Assembly (NCBI GenBank): GCA_045568115.1
Contig: JBJLBO010000005.1
Coordinates: 319,468-383,467 of the forward strand
Reading direction: 5' to 3'
DNA: 64,000 bases
Source: Candidatus Thalassarchaeaceae archaeon
Lineage (GTDB): Archaea > Thermoplasmatota > Poseidoniia > Poseidoniales > Thalassarchaeaceae
Under the pieces are notes generated by a model. The model was given only the letters and a program-made list of their open reading frames with translations, ran no database searches and was not told the DNA's origin. The translations under genes and the position numbers were made by a program. This document shows positions 9,399-19,337 of this stretch, piece after piece (the first letter of the stretch is position 1; each line of letters begins with the position of its first letter).

Positions 9399-10232
9399 AT
9401 GACCAGCGCCACTCTTGCTTGGGTTCTCGAGCGACTGGCAAAGGGAGAGAGAGTTGCTCTAGCATCTGTTGTTGAAGCAAAAGGTAGTGTACCAGGGAAA
9501 CCAGGAGCACGATTGGCTATGAGCAATATTGGAGGAAGGCATGGTACTGTAGGAGGAGCCGGCCTAGAATTGAAAGTGGAAAAACATCTAAAGAAGATGC
9601 TAGAAAATGGTTCATCGGCTAGTAGAATTGAGAATTATGTCCTACATAGAGATGCAAAGGGCAAAGAAGCGACTGCCTTGGACAGTCTATGTGGCGGACA
9701 AGTATCGGTCTCATTGGAGGTTTTGGATCCTGTGCCTCACATACTAATATCAGGAGGAGGCCATTGCGGCCAAGCTATTGCTTCTGTTTGTGATAATCTG
9801 GGATGGTCTCACAGTGTTTACGACATACGAAGTGAGTTTGCAGATTCTGATTTATACCCTAATGCAATTGAAAATCACCATGGTGATGTGAAAGACTTTT
9901 TGGACTCTCTTCAGATAAAAAAAATAATTAGATTTTCTGATGTATTGCTCCTAGGACATGATTGGACTGTTGACCAAGAGATGCTAATTGGATTGCTTCT
10001 AGAGAGAGGAGATAATGATAGACCACGAATAGGAGCTATTGGCTCACGATCAAAGTGGAAGGCTTTCAGAAAGGCAGCAATAGACTCCGGAGTGAGTGAT
10101 TCGGCAATAGATTCAGTCCGCTGCCCGATAGGATTCAACATAGGAGCGGAGACTCCTGAAGAAATTGCAATCTCAGTCTGTGCGGAAATTATGGCCCTTG
10201 AGAAAGGAATTACCAGCAACTCCGAAGACTGA
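9399..10232 (+). CDS. xdhC: XdhC/CoxI-family molybdenum-hydroxylase maturation (Moco insertion) protein
   Basis: It has the XdhC_CoxI N-terminal domain (LASVVEAKGSVPGKPGARLAMSNIGGRHGTVGGAGLE) and a Rossmann-like C-terminal domain (ILISGGGHCGQAIASV). Confidence 0.75.
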   Translation: MTSATLAWVLERLAKGERVALASVVEAKGSVPGKPGARLAMSNIGGRHGTVGGAGLELKVEKHLKKMLENGSSASRIENYVLHRDAKGKEATALDSLCGGQVSVSLEVLDPVPHILISGGGHCGQAIASVCDNLGWSHSVYDIRSEFADSDLYPNAIENHHGDVKDFLDSLQIKKIIRFSDVLLLGHDWTVDQEMLIGLLLERGDNDRPRIGAIGSRSKWKAFRKAAIDSGVSDSAIDSVRCPIGFNIGAETPEEIAISVCAEIMALEKGITSNSED

Positions 10233-10258
10233 AAGAGTAAGCAACCCGCCGGAAGGAC

Positions 10259-11476
10259 ATGAGAGGTTGCGCGTTAGCTCTGATTCTAATTATCACTAGC
10301 GCTTCAATAAGTGGTTGTCTTTGGAATAATAAAGAATCTATAGAAGAGCCTATTCTCAATGAAGATAATTTTCGTGAGTTCACAGTAGTCGCGCCTATTG
10401 ATACAGGAATAAATGTCTATCATGACCATTTCAGAGTTAATGAAACTCTACCGGAATGGATTCTGAATTCATTCGGAGTCACAATGACATGTAACCTAAC
10501 ATTCGAAGGAACTTGGGATGAAAGATACGAAGCAGATAAAGAGACTTGTTGGGATTTGATAACTTCTGAAGATATTGTCTATTTCCCTGGAACAAGAATA
10601 ATTGGCGCTACTCCTGATGATGATACTGAAATTCCAATACTTGATGACCCCTCTGATGGGCACGGAACGGCAGTGACAGGAGCTGTTCTAAATGCTAATC
10701 CTGAGGCAATAATTTTCTTTGTCGAAGGATTCTCTGATGCTGCGGTACTTGCTGCTGCGAATCAACCCCTAGTCGATATAATCACAACTAGTTTTGGACC
10801 TATTGGTTCAATCCCAGTTCCAGGGATTGAGGATGCCACGAAAGTCGCTGTTGTAGAGAAAGGAAAGCTCCACACGGGTGCTTCGGATAATACCCCATCC
10901 CCTGCAATTCAAGATTCCACTGCAGGTCCGCCTTGGAGTATTGGAATATCAGGATATGCAGAAGAGGAGGATGACCAGAAAGAAACCATGAGTGGTTCCT
11001 ATCCAGATGCGGCTGCAGATTGGACTCAAGTACTGCCAAACCATGATGATATAGATGGATATCATCAGACTAGTGGCACATCATTTGCAACGCCTCGTAC
11101 AGCAGGACTTATCTCAAAAGTCATTCAAACTCTAAGGTTGGAATTTGGAGATAATTCCTCTGGTGCAGAAAGTGATACAAGACAAGGTTTGTTAGTTAAT
11201 GGAAGTAATTTCTCATTGACTAATGATGAAATCAGAAATGCATTGAATATTTCTGCATGGTATCCTAGTTCAAGTACTTGGGATCCAACCACAGGAACAT
11301 TACCAATCTCACCAGTTGCACCATGCACACAGGTAGGATGGGGAGTTGTTAACGAATCAAACGTACAACCAATGATTGAACATCTCAATGGAACCAATCA
11401 AATGCCAGATAGACCATTTGATGTAGTTCAGTGCATGGAAACAAATCAAGCAATTCGTGAAGCATATTGGAATTAG
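10259..11476 (+). CDS. S8-family subtilase, probable lipoprotein
   Basis: There is a lipobox-like signal (ITSASISGCLWNN). The catalytic residues lie in VVAPIDTGINVYHDHF, DGHGTAVTGAV and GTSFATPRTAG. Confidence 0.7.
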   Translation: MRGCALALILIITSASISGCLWNNKESIEEPILNEDNFREFTVVAPIDTGINVYHDHFRVNETLPEWILNSFGVTMTCNLTFEGTWDERYEADKETCWDLITSEDIVYFPGTRIIGATPDDDTEIPILDDPSDGHGTAVTGAVLNANPEAIIFFVEGFSDAAVLAAANQPLVDIITTSFGPIGSIPVPGIEDATKVAVVEKGKLHTGASDNTPSPAIQDSTAGPPWSIGISGYAEEEDDQKETMSGSYPDAAADWTQVLPNHDDIDGYHQTSGTSFATPRTAGLISKVIQTLRLEFGDNSSGAESDTRQGLLVNGSNFSLTNDEIRNALNISAWYPSSSTWDPTTGTLPISPVAPCTQVGWGVVNESNVQPMIEHLNGTNQMPDRPFDVVQCMETNQAIREAYWN

Positions 11477-11538
11477 CCTCACAAATCAACAAACAATAGT
11501 TCCGGTGGCTTGATTACGAGTTCTCCTATACGGAACCA

Positions 11539-12186
11539 ATGCGCAAGGTAGTCCTGAGGTGGAGAATTAACTCACTTCAAGGTGCTAAGGAGCTTGGGAA
11601 AATATTAGAAATCTGTGATAGGATAGAGATTCTAGCACACTTAGGATTTCAGGATGGTGGAATAGTTCAACTTGCAGAGGTAAAACTCAAACAAGGAAAA
11701 GATGTGAATGAACTCTCAAATTTACCTAGTTTCGAAGTGCTAGAAATTCATGAAGAAAATGAGGAAGGTGTCCTACTAAGCCTATTATGCCATCACACTC
11801 TTGCGAAATCTGCAATCGAATTCTCAAATTTGCATCTTCAATGTCCTTACAGCATTGATTCAGAAAAAGGAATGGAGCTGAGAGTGACTGGATTGACCAC
11901 CGCAATGCGACGATTCCTAAACCTCCTCCGCCTCGTACTTCCTCCTGACAAAGTAAGTGTGATTACAGATAAATCGAAACATGTAAATGGATGGGCTGAG
12001 GTGCTAACTAAAAGACAACAAGAAGTAATCCAGCATGCAGTTCGTAGAGGCTATTATGACAATAATGGAAATTCAAGAATAAAGGATTTAGCAGAAGAGC
12101 TTGGCATTTCTCGATCTACCTATGGTGGCCACCTTAGTGAGGCTGAAAAGGCAATTCTGAAGAAAGTCGGTTCGGACCTTGAATGA
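11539..12186 (+). CDS. HTH_10 (Bat/bacterio-opsin-activator-type) transcriptional regulator
   Basis: It has the C-terminal HTH_10 motif RQQEVIQHAVRRGYYDNNGNSRIKDLAEELGISRSTYGGHLSEAEKAILKKV and lies directly upstream of coxS. Confidence 0.7.
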   Translation: MRKVVLRWRINSLQGAKELGKILEICDRIEILAHLGFQDGGIVQLAEVKLKQGKDVNELSNLPSFEVLEIHEENEEGVLLSLLCHHTLAKSAIEFSNLHLQCPYSIDSEKGMELRVTGLTTAMRRFLNLLRLVLPPDKVSVITDKSKHVNGWAEVLTKRQQEVIQHAVRRGYYDNNGNSRIKDLAEELGISRSTYGGHLSEAEKAILKKVGSDLE

Positions 12187-12239
12187 GTCCATAGGACTCA
12201 ACCGAAGCGTAATAGGACAACCATGAGTGGATTCGATGC

Positions 12240-12809
12240 ATGGTGCAGCACCGGCTTCCAATGCTTCCCTCTGCGAGGGAAGTTCCTTGGGCATCCTTGG
12301 TGAATGGTGTTGAGAAGCAGCTAAACATCGAGGGAAATGCGATTCTGCTCGATGTTCTTCGTGATCAAGCAGGGAGTTTGGGCACGAAGCGAGGCTGCGA
12401 TATGGGGACTTGTGGATGCTGCTCGGTACTGATTGATGGGCAGCCTCGACTCTCCTGTTTGACGCTTGCAGCGGAGGCAGATGGTTGTGAGATTACGACT
12501 GTTGAAGGTCTTGCTGAGGGACACCATCTTCATCCGATTCAAGAGATGTTTGCGGAGTGCGGTGGGTCGCAGTGCGGCTTCTGCACTCCGGGATTCCTGG
12601 TTGTTACATCAGCGCTATTGGATGAGAATCCAAATCCTAGCGACGATGAAATCAAGTGTGCAATCGAAGGAAATCTTTGCCGCTGCACCGGTTACCAACA
12701 AATTGTAGATTCGGTACGAGCGGCATCTGAAATTTTGACTTCGGGCAAGAATATCGAGGATTCAACCTCGCCAAAGAGTGACCCTCATCCGGGATTCGCT
12801 GGAGAGTGA
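12240..12809 (+). CDS. coxS: Molybdenum hydroxylase small subunit, [2Fe-2S] ferredoxin-like (CoxS/XdhA family)
   Basis: Plant-type and second 2Fe-2S motifs are present: CDMGTCGCCSVLIDGQPRLSC, GGSQCGFCTPGF and CRCTGYQQIV. Confidence 0.85.
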   Translation: MVQHRLPMLPSAREVPWASLVNGVEKQLNIEGNAILLDVLRDQAGSLGTKRGCDMGTCGCCSVLIDGQPRLSCLTLAAEADGCEITTVEGLAEGHHLHPIQEMFAECGGSQCGFCTPGFLVVTSALLDENPNPSDDEIKCAIEGNLCRCTGYQQIVDSVRAASEILTSGKNIEDSTSPKSDPHPGFAGE

Positions 12810-12813
12810 TTTG

Positions 12814-15618
12814 ATGGCTGGATCAGAGGATAATCCATCCGGTGATAAGAATGAGGATGAGATGGTCGGCTACCGGCAGCAGCCGGGAAAGTTGCCTTTC
12901 TCAAAACCCGGCTCTGGTGGCAAAAATCGATTCTCTCGGCCGACGGATGCAGCGATGATTCCCGAGTCCCAAGGTGGTCAAAAGAGCCAGCCTTGGGGGT
13001 CACATCGTCACGATGAATTGGTCAGTGGCCAGATAATCGGTAAGCCAACAGCATTGGTCGACAGTCGCTGGAAGGTGACTGGGCAGGCTCACTATGGAGA
13101 CGATGTGCGCTTGGCCGGCGAGTTGATTGGACGCATCATTCGCTCGCCGCATCATTATGCTAGAGTGCTAAGCATCGATTGCTCAAAAGCACTCGAATTG
13201 CCCGGCGTCGTAGCCATCGCTACTGGAGCCGATGCCGCCAATAAATTCGGAGTCCTACCTGTCACCAAAGACGAGCACGCCATGGCAGTTGAGAAAGTCC
13301 GCCACGCTGGTGACCTCGTCGCTTGCGTGGCAGCCGAAGATGAAGCGACGGCACGCGAGGCCGAGCGTTTGATCGAAGTCGAATACGAAATCCTCGATTC
13401 AATCCACGATATGCGCGACGGTCTCGATGATTCAGAAAATCCAATCCACGACCGCGGAAAGTATCACATCGGAGAGGCGAATGTTCAGAAGCGAGTTTTT
13501 CAGGAGTTCGGCGACATCGATGGAATGGCTTCGAGTGCGGTCGCCAGTCACAAGCAAAATTGGTTGTTCGCGGGTGTGAATCACGCTGCGACTGAGCCTC
13601 ATGCTGTGGTTGCTCACTGGGACCCCTCGGGTCGATTGACGCTCTACACACCTCAACAAGTCCCTCACTATGTCCACAGAGCTCTGGCCGACGTACTCGA
13701 GATTCCTATGCATCAGATCAATGTGCACCGCACCTTTGTCGGTGGTGGGTTTGGAGGCAAGTCCGACCCGTTTCCGCATGAGATGTGTGCCGCTATTTTG
13801 GCGCGGAAATCTGGGCGTCCGGTGCGGATTTGCTTCGACCGCGAAGAAGTCTACTGGATCAATCGCGGTCGCCACCCCTCACGTATCGAGATGAATCTGC
13901 ACGCGGATTCGGATGGGAGAATCTGTGGAATCGAAACTGATGCTCTGATTGATGGTGGCGCGTTCGCCTCATTCGGCCACGTCACGACTTATTACAATGG
14001 GGTGCTACACACCGCGCCATACGAAATTGGAGCATTCCATTACACAGGAGCTCGCGTCTGGACGAATAAACCAGCAAGTGGTGCGATGCGAGGTCATGGT
14101 GCTGTGAATTCACGCTGCGCGGTTGAGACGGGGTTGGATGACCTATCCGAGCAACTCGCCGTCGATCCGATTACCCTGAGATTGGCCAACTTGTTACCAC
14201 CACACTCAGCGACAATCACCGGCTTCCGCGTGACTAGTATCGGTATGCGCGAATGTCTCGAGCGAGTGAAAGAAGCCAGTGGCTGGGACGAAAAATTCCG
14301 TAAGATGCCACTGGGCAAAGGAATCGGCATTGGCTGTGGATTCTTCATCTCCGGCTCAGGCCTGCCGATTCATTGGGATCCAAACAAGTTCCCACATGCG
14401 ACGGTGCACCTGAAAATCGACATGGATGGAGGTGTCACCGTCCACACAGGAGCAGCGGAAATTGGCCAAGGCTCCGACACCGTCGTTGCCCAATCCGTTG
14501 CCGAAGTCCTCGGACTTCCTCTCGACATGATTCGAATCAAATCCCGAGACTCCGATACATCACCCGTCGACCTCGGATCTTACTCATCGCGCGTCACTTT
14601 CATGAATGCAAACGCGGCGATTTCTGCAGCCATGCAAATACGCGATAATCTGCTAGACGCAACCGTAGAAATCACAGGCGCCGACCGTGCGAAATTAGTC
14701 CTAGGAGATAGGCGTATCTTCGCCAAAAACGACCCCGCAGTTGGGGTCTCATACCTTGAGGCACTCCACAAAGCGCAGGAAGACCGAGGAGCACTCATCG
14801 CATCGGGCGCATACAGAACCCCACCGATGGGACGAACCCACAAGGGTGCTGCCGCCGGCTTAGCGCCGGCTTACTCATTCTCAGCTTACGTTGCAGAGGT
14901 GTCCGTCGACGTAGAAACCGGGCAAACAAAGGTGGAGAAAGTCTGGGCTGCCCACGATTGTGGTAAGGCACTCAATCCACTTGCAGTCAAGGGGCAAATC
15001 ATCGGCTCCTGCCACATGGGAATGGGGCAAGTTCTCAGCGAAGAAATGCGCTACGGCCGTGGTGGCCATTTGATGAATCCCGACCTGCTCGATTACAAGA
15101 TTCCTAGCGTCCACGAGATGCCGGAAGTCGTACCGATTATTGTTGAATCAAACGACCCAGAAGGGCCGTTTGGGGCGAAGGAAGCGGGCGAAGGCCCACT
15201 TCTACCAATTTTGCCCGCTGTCTGTAATGCAGTGTATGATGCAGTGGGCGTGAGGACTGCTGAATTGCCAATCACGCCCGATCGCATGCACAGATTGATC
15301 GAAAGGAAATGCAAGGCCGATGGAGTCTCTGAGCCTCTCGACCTTGAAGCACCGCGGCTCGAGCACTCGGCTCTGCAGGATACTCTCGCCGAGCGCGCTG
15401 CCGAGCATGCTGAACGAGACCTCACTCGCAGGCTCGATGATGACCGCCAGCCCTACCACAATGGAGCGCTCTTCGGACTCGACCCAACAATCCCTCCTGA
15501 CGAGATAAATGAGCGCTGGGCGGTCAATTTGATTCCATCTGAAGAATACATCACGGAGCCACGTTTGGCTGGAAGCGCTTGGAAGCACACTGAGCGCCGA
15601 CATCGAGGTGATGCCTGA
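12814..15618 (+). CDS. coxL: Molybdenum hydroxylase large subunit (molybdopterin-binding, CoxL/XdhB family) with about 70-aa N-terminal and about 100-aa C-terminal extensions
   Basis: The Ald_Xan_dh hammerhead starts at IGKPTALVDSRWKVTGQAHYGDD. Moco-binding segments include GGGFGGK, AHDCGKALNPLAVKGQIIG and EGPFGAKEAGEGPLL. The ATG at 12814 immediately follows the coxS stop at 12807-12809. Confidence 0.85.
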   Translation: MAGSEDNPSGDKNEDEMVGYRQQPGKLPFSKPGSGGKNRFSRPTDAAMIPESQGGQKSQPWGSHRHDELVSGQIIGKPTALVDSRWKVTGQAHYGDDVRLAGELIGRIIRSPHHYARVLSIDCSKALELPGVVAIATGADAANKFGVLPVTKDEHAMAVEKVRHAGDLVACVAAEDEATAREAERLIEVEYEILDSIHDMRDGLDDSENPIHDRGKYHIGEANVQKRVFQEFGDIDGMASSAVASHKQNWLFAGVNHAATEPHAVVAHWDPSGRLTLYTPQQVPHYVHRALADVLEIPMHQINVHRTFVGGGFGGKSDPFPHEMCAAILARKSGRPVRICFDREEVYWINRGRHPSRIEMNLHADSDGRICGIETDALIDGGAFASFGHVTTYYNGVLHTAPYEIGAFHYTGARVWTNKPASGAMRGHGAVNSRCAVETGLDDLSEQLAVDPITLRLANLLPPHSATITGFRVTSIGMRECLERVKEASGWDEKFRKMPLGKGIGIGCGFFISGSGLPIHWDPNKFPHATVHLKIDMDGGVTVHTGAAEIGQGSDTVVAQSVAEVLGLPLDMIRIKSRDSDTSPVDLGSYSSRVTFMNANAAISAAMQIRDNLLDATVEITGADRAKLVLGDRRIFAKNDPAVGVSYLEALHKAQEDRGALIASGAYRTPPMGRTHKGAAAGLAPAYSFSAYVAEVSVDVETGQTKVEKVWAAHDCGKALNPLAVKGQIIGSCHMGMGQVLSEEMRYGRGGHLMNPDLLDYKIPSVHEMPEVVPIIVESNDPEGPFGAKEAGEGPLLPILPAVCNAVYDAVGVRTAELPITPDRMHRLIERKCKADGVSEPLDLEAPRLEHSALQDTLAERAAEHAERDLTRRLDDDRQPYHNGALFGLDPTIPPDEINERWAVNLIPSEEYITEPRLAGSAWKHTERRHRGDA

Positions 15619-16607
15619 TGCGTACACCACCATTCGAGTTGCACACGCCCAAGAACCTCGAGGAGGCTCTCGCCACAGCAGGTGAGTTAGCCGACGCTGG
15701 CCAAGACTTCGACTGGATCGCCGGCGGCACTGACCTGCTGCCCAATTACAAGTGGCACATCAACGTCAAACCACACGTGATTTCTCTGGCCAAAGTCAGT
15801 GAACTCACCGAGCTCAATCCAAACCATATCGGCGCAATGGTCAGACTACATGACCTAGTCAAGTCAGAACACACACACACAGTCCTCGCCAAAGCCGCCG
15901 ACTCAATCGCCAGCGTACTCATCCGCCGCTCTGGAACCGTCGGCGGCAACATCTGCCTCGACACCCGATGCTATTGGTTCAACCAGACCGAGCAGTGGAG
16001 AGAATCGATTGACTGGTGCTACAAATGCGACTGCGGAACGGGGGCCGACTGCCGCGTCATACCAAACCAGAATACACTCTGCGTCGCCACCTACCAAGCC
16101 GACCTTGCTCCGGTCCTGTTGTGCCTAGGTGCAACCATTCACCTCGCTTCACCGGACGGCAAACGCTCGATGCCACTCAGCGAATTTTTCCAACTCGACG
16201 GGATGACTCGCAATGTGCTGCAGCCCGGCGAGTTGGTCACTCACCTGAGCCTACCCGATGATTCCGGTGAGTGGCAAGGAGATTACCAGAAGTTGAGGCA
16301 GCGCGAGTCCTGGGATTTCCCAGAAGCTGGTGTAGCGGTACTTTGGAAGCAAAATGGTGGAGCGAAACCTGCTGCTCTCAGAGTTGCAACAACTGGACTC
16401 GAATCGGTTCCTGGATTTCATACGGAAGAAGCCGAATCTGCCTTGGCAGAGTGGAATGGTGAAGATTCCATAAACAATTTAGCCGAAGCAATCCGCAAAT
16501 CGGTGAAACCTGTACAAAACACATGGTACGCGCCTTCGTATAGGAGAAAGATGGTGAAGGTGTTAACACGCCGAGCATGTGTAGGACTACTGGAGGAATT
16601 GTCATGA
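15618..16607 (+). CDS. coxM: Molybdenum hydroxylase FAD-binding subunit (CoxM/HcrB family) with a Cys-rich insertion
   Basis: The FAD_binding_5 motifs are IAGGTDLLPNYK and GTVGGNIC. A 40-aa insertion, DTRCYWFNQTEQWRESIDWCYKCDCGTGADCRV, sits after the GGN motif. The start overlaps the coxL stop. Confidence 0.8.
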   Translation: MRTPPFELHTPKNLEEALATAGELADAGQDFDWIAGGTDLLPNYKWHINVKPHVISLAKVSELTELNPNHIGAMVRLHDLVKSEHTHTVLAKAADSIASVLIRRSGTVGGNICLDTRCYWFNQTEQWRESIDWCYKCDCGTGADCRVIPNQNTLCVATYQADLAPVLLCLGATIHLASPDGKRSMPLSEFFQLDGMTRNVLQPGELVTHLSLPDDSGEWQGDYQKLRQRESWDFPEAGVAVLWKQNGGAKPAALRVATTGLESVPGFHTEEAESALAEWNGEDSINNLAEAIRKSVKPVQNTWYAPSYRRKMVKVLTRRACVGLLEELS

Positions 16608-17545
16608 ATTCGAAATTTTTGGTTCTAATTATGGCGTCAACCCTCCTCATCCCCTTTGCATCTACTGTTGTTGCTCAACCAGATCAGCCAACTTTACCCG
16701 GCTGGGATTTAGGGATTCTCTACGAAGACGATGAGGAAACACCTTTCATGGTTGAAAACAACGGCGAGGTCACCCTTGATTTCTGGATAGATAATCAGAA
16801 TCCATACTCAATAATGTTAGAATTAGAATATGAAGTGCCTTGGGAGGCAAAAAATAATGGCGAAGGAAATGTTTCATTAGACTCAGGTGAAAATGTAACA
16901 TTCTCATTGACCATTTCAGATATTGATGTATTCTCTATTGCAGCGAAGAGTGAGGAGCCATTTACAATAACTGCAACTCTGCAAGAGAGGGGGGGGATAC
17001 CTGTTTTCCCCGAATCAAAGGAAGCTAATGGAGAACTAGAGATTCCTGAAATTTTCGACTTGAGAATTGAAATTGATGACCCACTTGGTCCAGTTAACTC
17101 TGGAACTGATTATATCCTAAAGGTAACCGTTTCCAATGAAGGAAATTCGCAAGACAAAGCAAGTGAAATTGAAGTTACTGATGACTGCCCACTATTGACT
17201 ACTGATGATGCACTACAAGCTATTACAAGTAGAACTCTAGAATCTGGAGCTAAGACTGAGGCAAATCTCAAAATTTCTGCATCTGAGAGTCATCCTTCTA
17301 GGTCTTGTAAGATAGAAGTTACTGTCAAATCAAAAGGTGCTGCAGGAACGCAATTATCAACAGACAATACTAGAGTAAATATTGAATCTTCGCCTCAAAA
17401 TCAGGAAGATCCAGAAGAAAATAATGATGATGAAAATGAAAGCCCGACAGAGATTGTTTCATCTAACCTTCCAGCACCTGGAATAAGTATTATTTTCAGT
17501 ATTTTAATCGGAGCATTATTTTCAATTTCATCAAGACGATTCTAA
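16604..17545 (+). CDS. Secreted acidic surface protein with a PGF-CTERM-like C-terminal anchor
   Basis: It has a signal peptide MNSKFLVLIMASTLLIPFASTVVAQ and the C-terminus PAPGISIIFSILIGALFSISSRRF. Its ATG overlaps the coxM stop (ATGA). Confidence 0.55.
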   Translation: MNSKFLVLIMASTLLIPFASTVVAQPDQPTLPGWDLGILYEDDEETPFMVENNGEVTLDFWIDNQNPYSIMLELEYEVPWEAKNNGEGNVSLDSGENVTFSLTISDIDVFSIAAKSEEPFTITATLQERGGIPVFPESKEANGELEIPEIFDLRIEIDDPLGPVNSGTDYILKVTVSNEGNSQDKASEIEVTDDCPLLTTDDALQAITSRTLESGAKTEANLKISASESHPSRSCKIEVTVKSKGAAGTQLSTDNTRVNIESSPQNQEDPEENNDDENESPTEIVSSNLPAPGISIIFSILIGALFSISSRRF

Positions 17546-17729
17546 GTTATAATTTGATTATTAATCGATAAATCAACATGGATGGAATAGTTCCAATAAT
17601 TATATCAAAACATGATATTTACTTCTTTGATGAGTGCCCTGTAATGAACAACATATATGCGTGTTATGAGACTCGCCACGAAGCGTAGGTGTTGCTAGCC
17701 TGCGCTATCTATGAAGGAAGGGTATCAAT

Positions 17730-19319
17730 ATGGCTCCCAAAAAGACTGAGGATACTAACTTCACAAACATGGTTGTTGGTTCAATTTCAGTCACTGTAGT
17801 TCTGCTATTGATTTTACCAATGATTTTTGTTGTTGGTAAGGATACATACTACTCCGCCTACTCTGAAGGTGGTGATACCAAAGTTGAGGCATTGGCCCAA
17901 GTCACCGACATGAGAAATACACTTTCAGATGACGAATATTTCATTGCAAACACCATGTCTACACCGATGCTAGTAAATGACTGGAGAGATCCACACCGAA
18001 CTGCGTTAATGATAATAGGGCCTGAGAAACCAATTTCGCAAACAGAAGCAGATTCAATTTATGATTTTGTTACAGAAAAGGGTGGAAAGGTGATTGTTGC
18101 TGCTGATGGAACAAATGCAAATCGGTTAGCAGAAAAATTCGGCGTCACATTTTTTGATGCACCATTAAACGATGAAAACCAGTTTTGGTTAGAATATGAG
18201 ACAGGAGAGGCAGTATCTGGATCTTGGCTGAATGTGTGGAGTCTAGCAGCAGTTTCCGAGGATGTTAACGAAATGTCTCTTGCACACCAGAGACAAGGAT
18301 GCAAGGATGTTGATGTGTTTGAGGAGAATAGATTCAACTGCCGACTACCAGTTATGTTCCGATCACCTACTGGGATGAAATATGAACCTACAGCAGAAGA
18401 TAAATCGAATCCTGGACATCGTGACGTTGACATTCTTGCCACTGCATCTTCATCAGCATTTATTGACATAGAGGGAAATTCAAGGGCTGATGACCCCAAG
18501 AATCCAGCACCTGGTGATTTAGCACTAATAATTCGAATTGATTATTCCAATATCACAACTTTCGACAGAGTCGTAACTGATTCGGGAAATATTGTTGGTA
18601 ATAATATCGATGAACTCCAAGTGACGGGGAGCATTGTCTTTGTCTCAGACGAAGAGGCCTTCTCAAATCGAATGTGGGATCTCGCGGCTGCAAAAAATGA
18701 AAAAATGAGTGAAAGTTGTGAGCAGCACACAGGCCACTGTTGGCTTGATGTAACAAAAGAAACATTATGGGAAGGAAATGAAAAGTACTTCTCACTATTG
18801 ATTGATGACATAATGGAACATGATAACAAAGAATTAGTAAAATCTATTCGTGAGGACAGGGGTGAATTTCAGATTGTATTTGATGAAAGTAGGCATGTTA
18901 CAGGAGTTATCTCAGCTCCATTCATAGAATCTATGGGCACTGTAGTTCTTCTAACTTCAAACACATTCCTTAAGTGGTTAGTTGTACTGAATGTCGGACT
19001 TCTTTTATTGGTCGCAATGATGGTTGTTCCTGAGAAAGAAAATTGGCGTCATGTTTTTGACCTCACTCGATTTAAGGAAAGGCCAGAAAAGTTGGATCCA
19101 TCCAGTTATCGAATTAGGGTGCAGCAGGCTTTGTTTACTAAGGTTAGAGTTCACTATGATTTGACCCGAGATCAAATGGCAATAAAACCACCTGCTGAAG
19201 TTCAAACTATGATTGGAGATCCAAGATTAGTAGAATTGGCTTATAGCCAAAGCAGAAAATATACTCCCCAGGAATTGAGGCAGCTGATGGTTGCAATTAG
19301 ACGCTGGGGTAAAAACTAA
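17730..19319 (+). CDS. Membrane-anchored protein, DUF4350-like, encoded as the partner of the MoxR/DUF58 genes
   Basis: It has an N-terminal TM helix, an extracytoplasmic domain with LMIIGPEKPISQTEADSIYDFVTEKGGKVIVAADG, then a second TM and a cytoplasmic tail. It is immediately upstream of moxR, 18 bp before it. Confidence 0.45.
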   Translation: MAPKKTEDTNFTNMVVGSISVTVVLLLILPMIFVVGKDTYYSAYSEGGDTKVEALAQVTDMRNTLSDDEYFIANTMSTPMLVNDWRDPHRTALMIIGPEKPISQTEADSIYDFVTEKGGKVIVAADGTNANRLAEKFGVTFFDAPLNDENQFWLEYETGEAVSGSWLNVWSLAAVSEDVNEMSLAHQRQGCKDVDVFEENRFNCRLPVMFRSPTGMKYEPTAEDKSNPGHRDVDILATASSSAFIDIEGNSRADDPKNPAPGDLALIIRIDYSNITTFDRVVTDSGNIVGNNIDELQVTGSIVFVSDEEAFSNRMWDLAAAKNEKMSESCEQHTGHCWLDVTKETLWEGNEKYFSLLIDDIMEHDNKELVKSIREDRGEFQIVFDESRHVTGVISAPFIESMGTVVLLTSNTFLKWLVVLNVGLLLLVAMMVVPEKENWRHVFDLTRFKERPEKLDPSSYRIRVQQALFTKVRVHYDLTRDQMAIKPPAEVQTMIGDPRLVELAYSQSRKYTPQELRQLMVAIRRWGKN

Positions 19320-19337
19320 AAAAATGGAGAGAAGAAA

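Noticed and set aside
13262-13875. Long antisense ORFs (129 and 147 aa) inside coxL, and similar ones at 14094-15745
   Set aside because: They are a by-product of the high GC content of the coxSLM region. They lie opposite strongly conserved CoxL coding sequence and have Arg/Pro-rich, non-protein-like composition.
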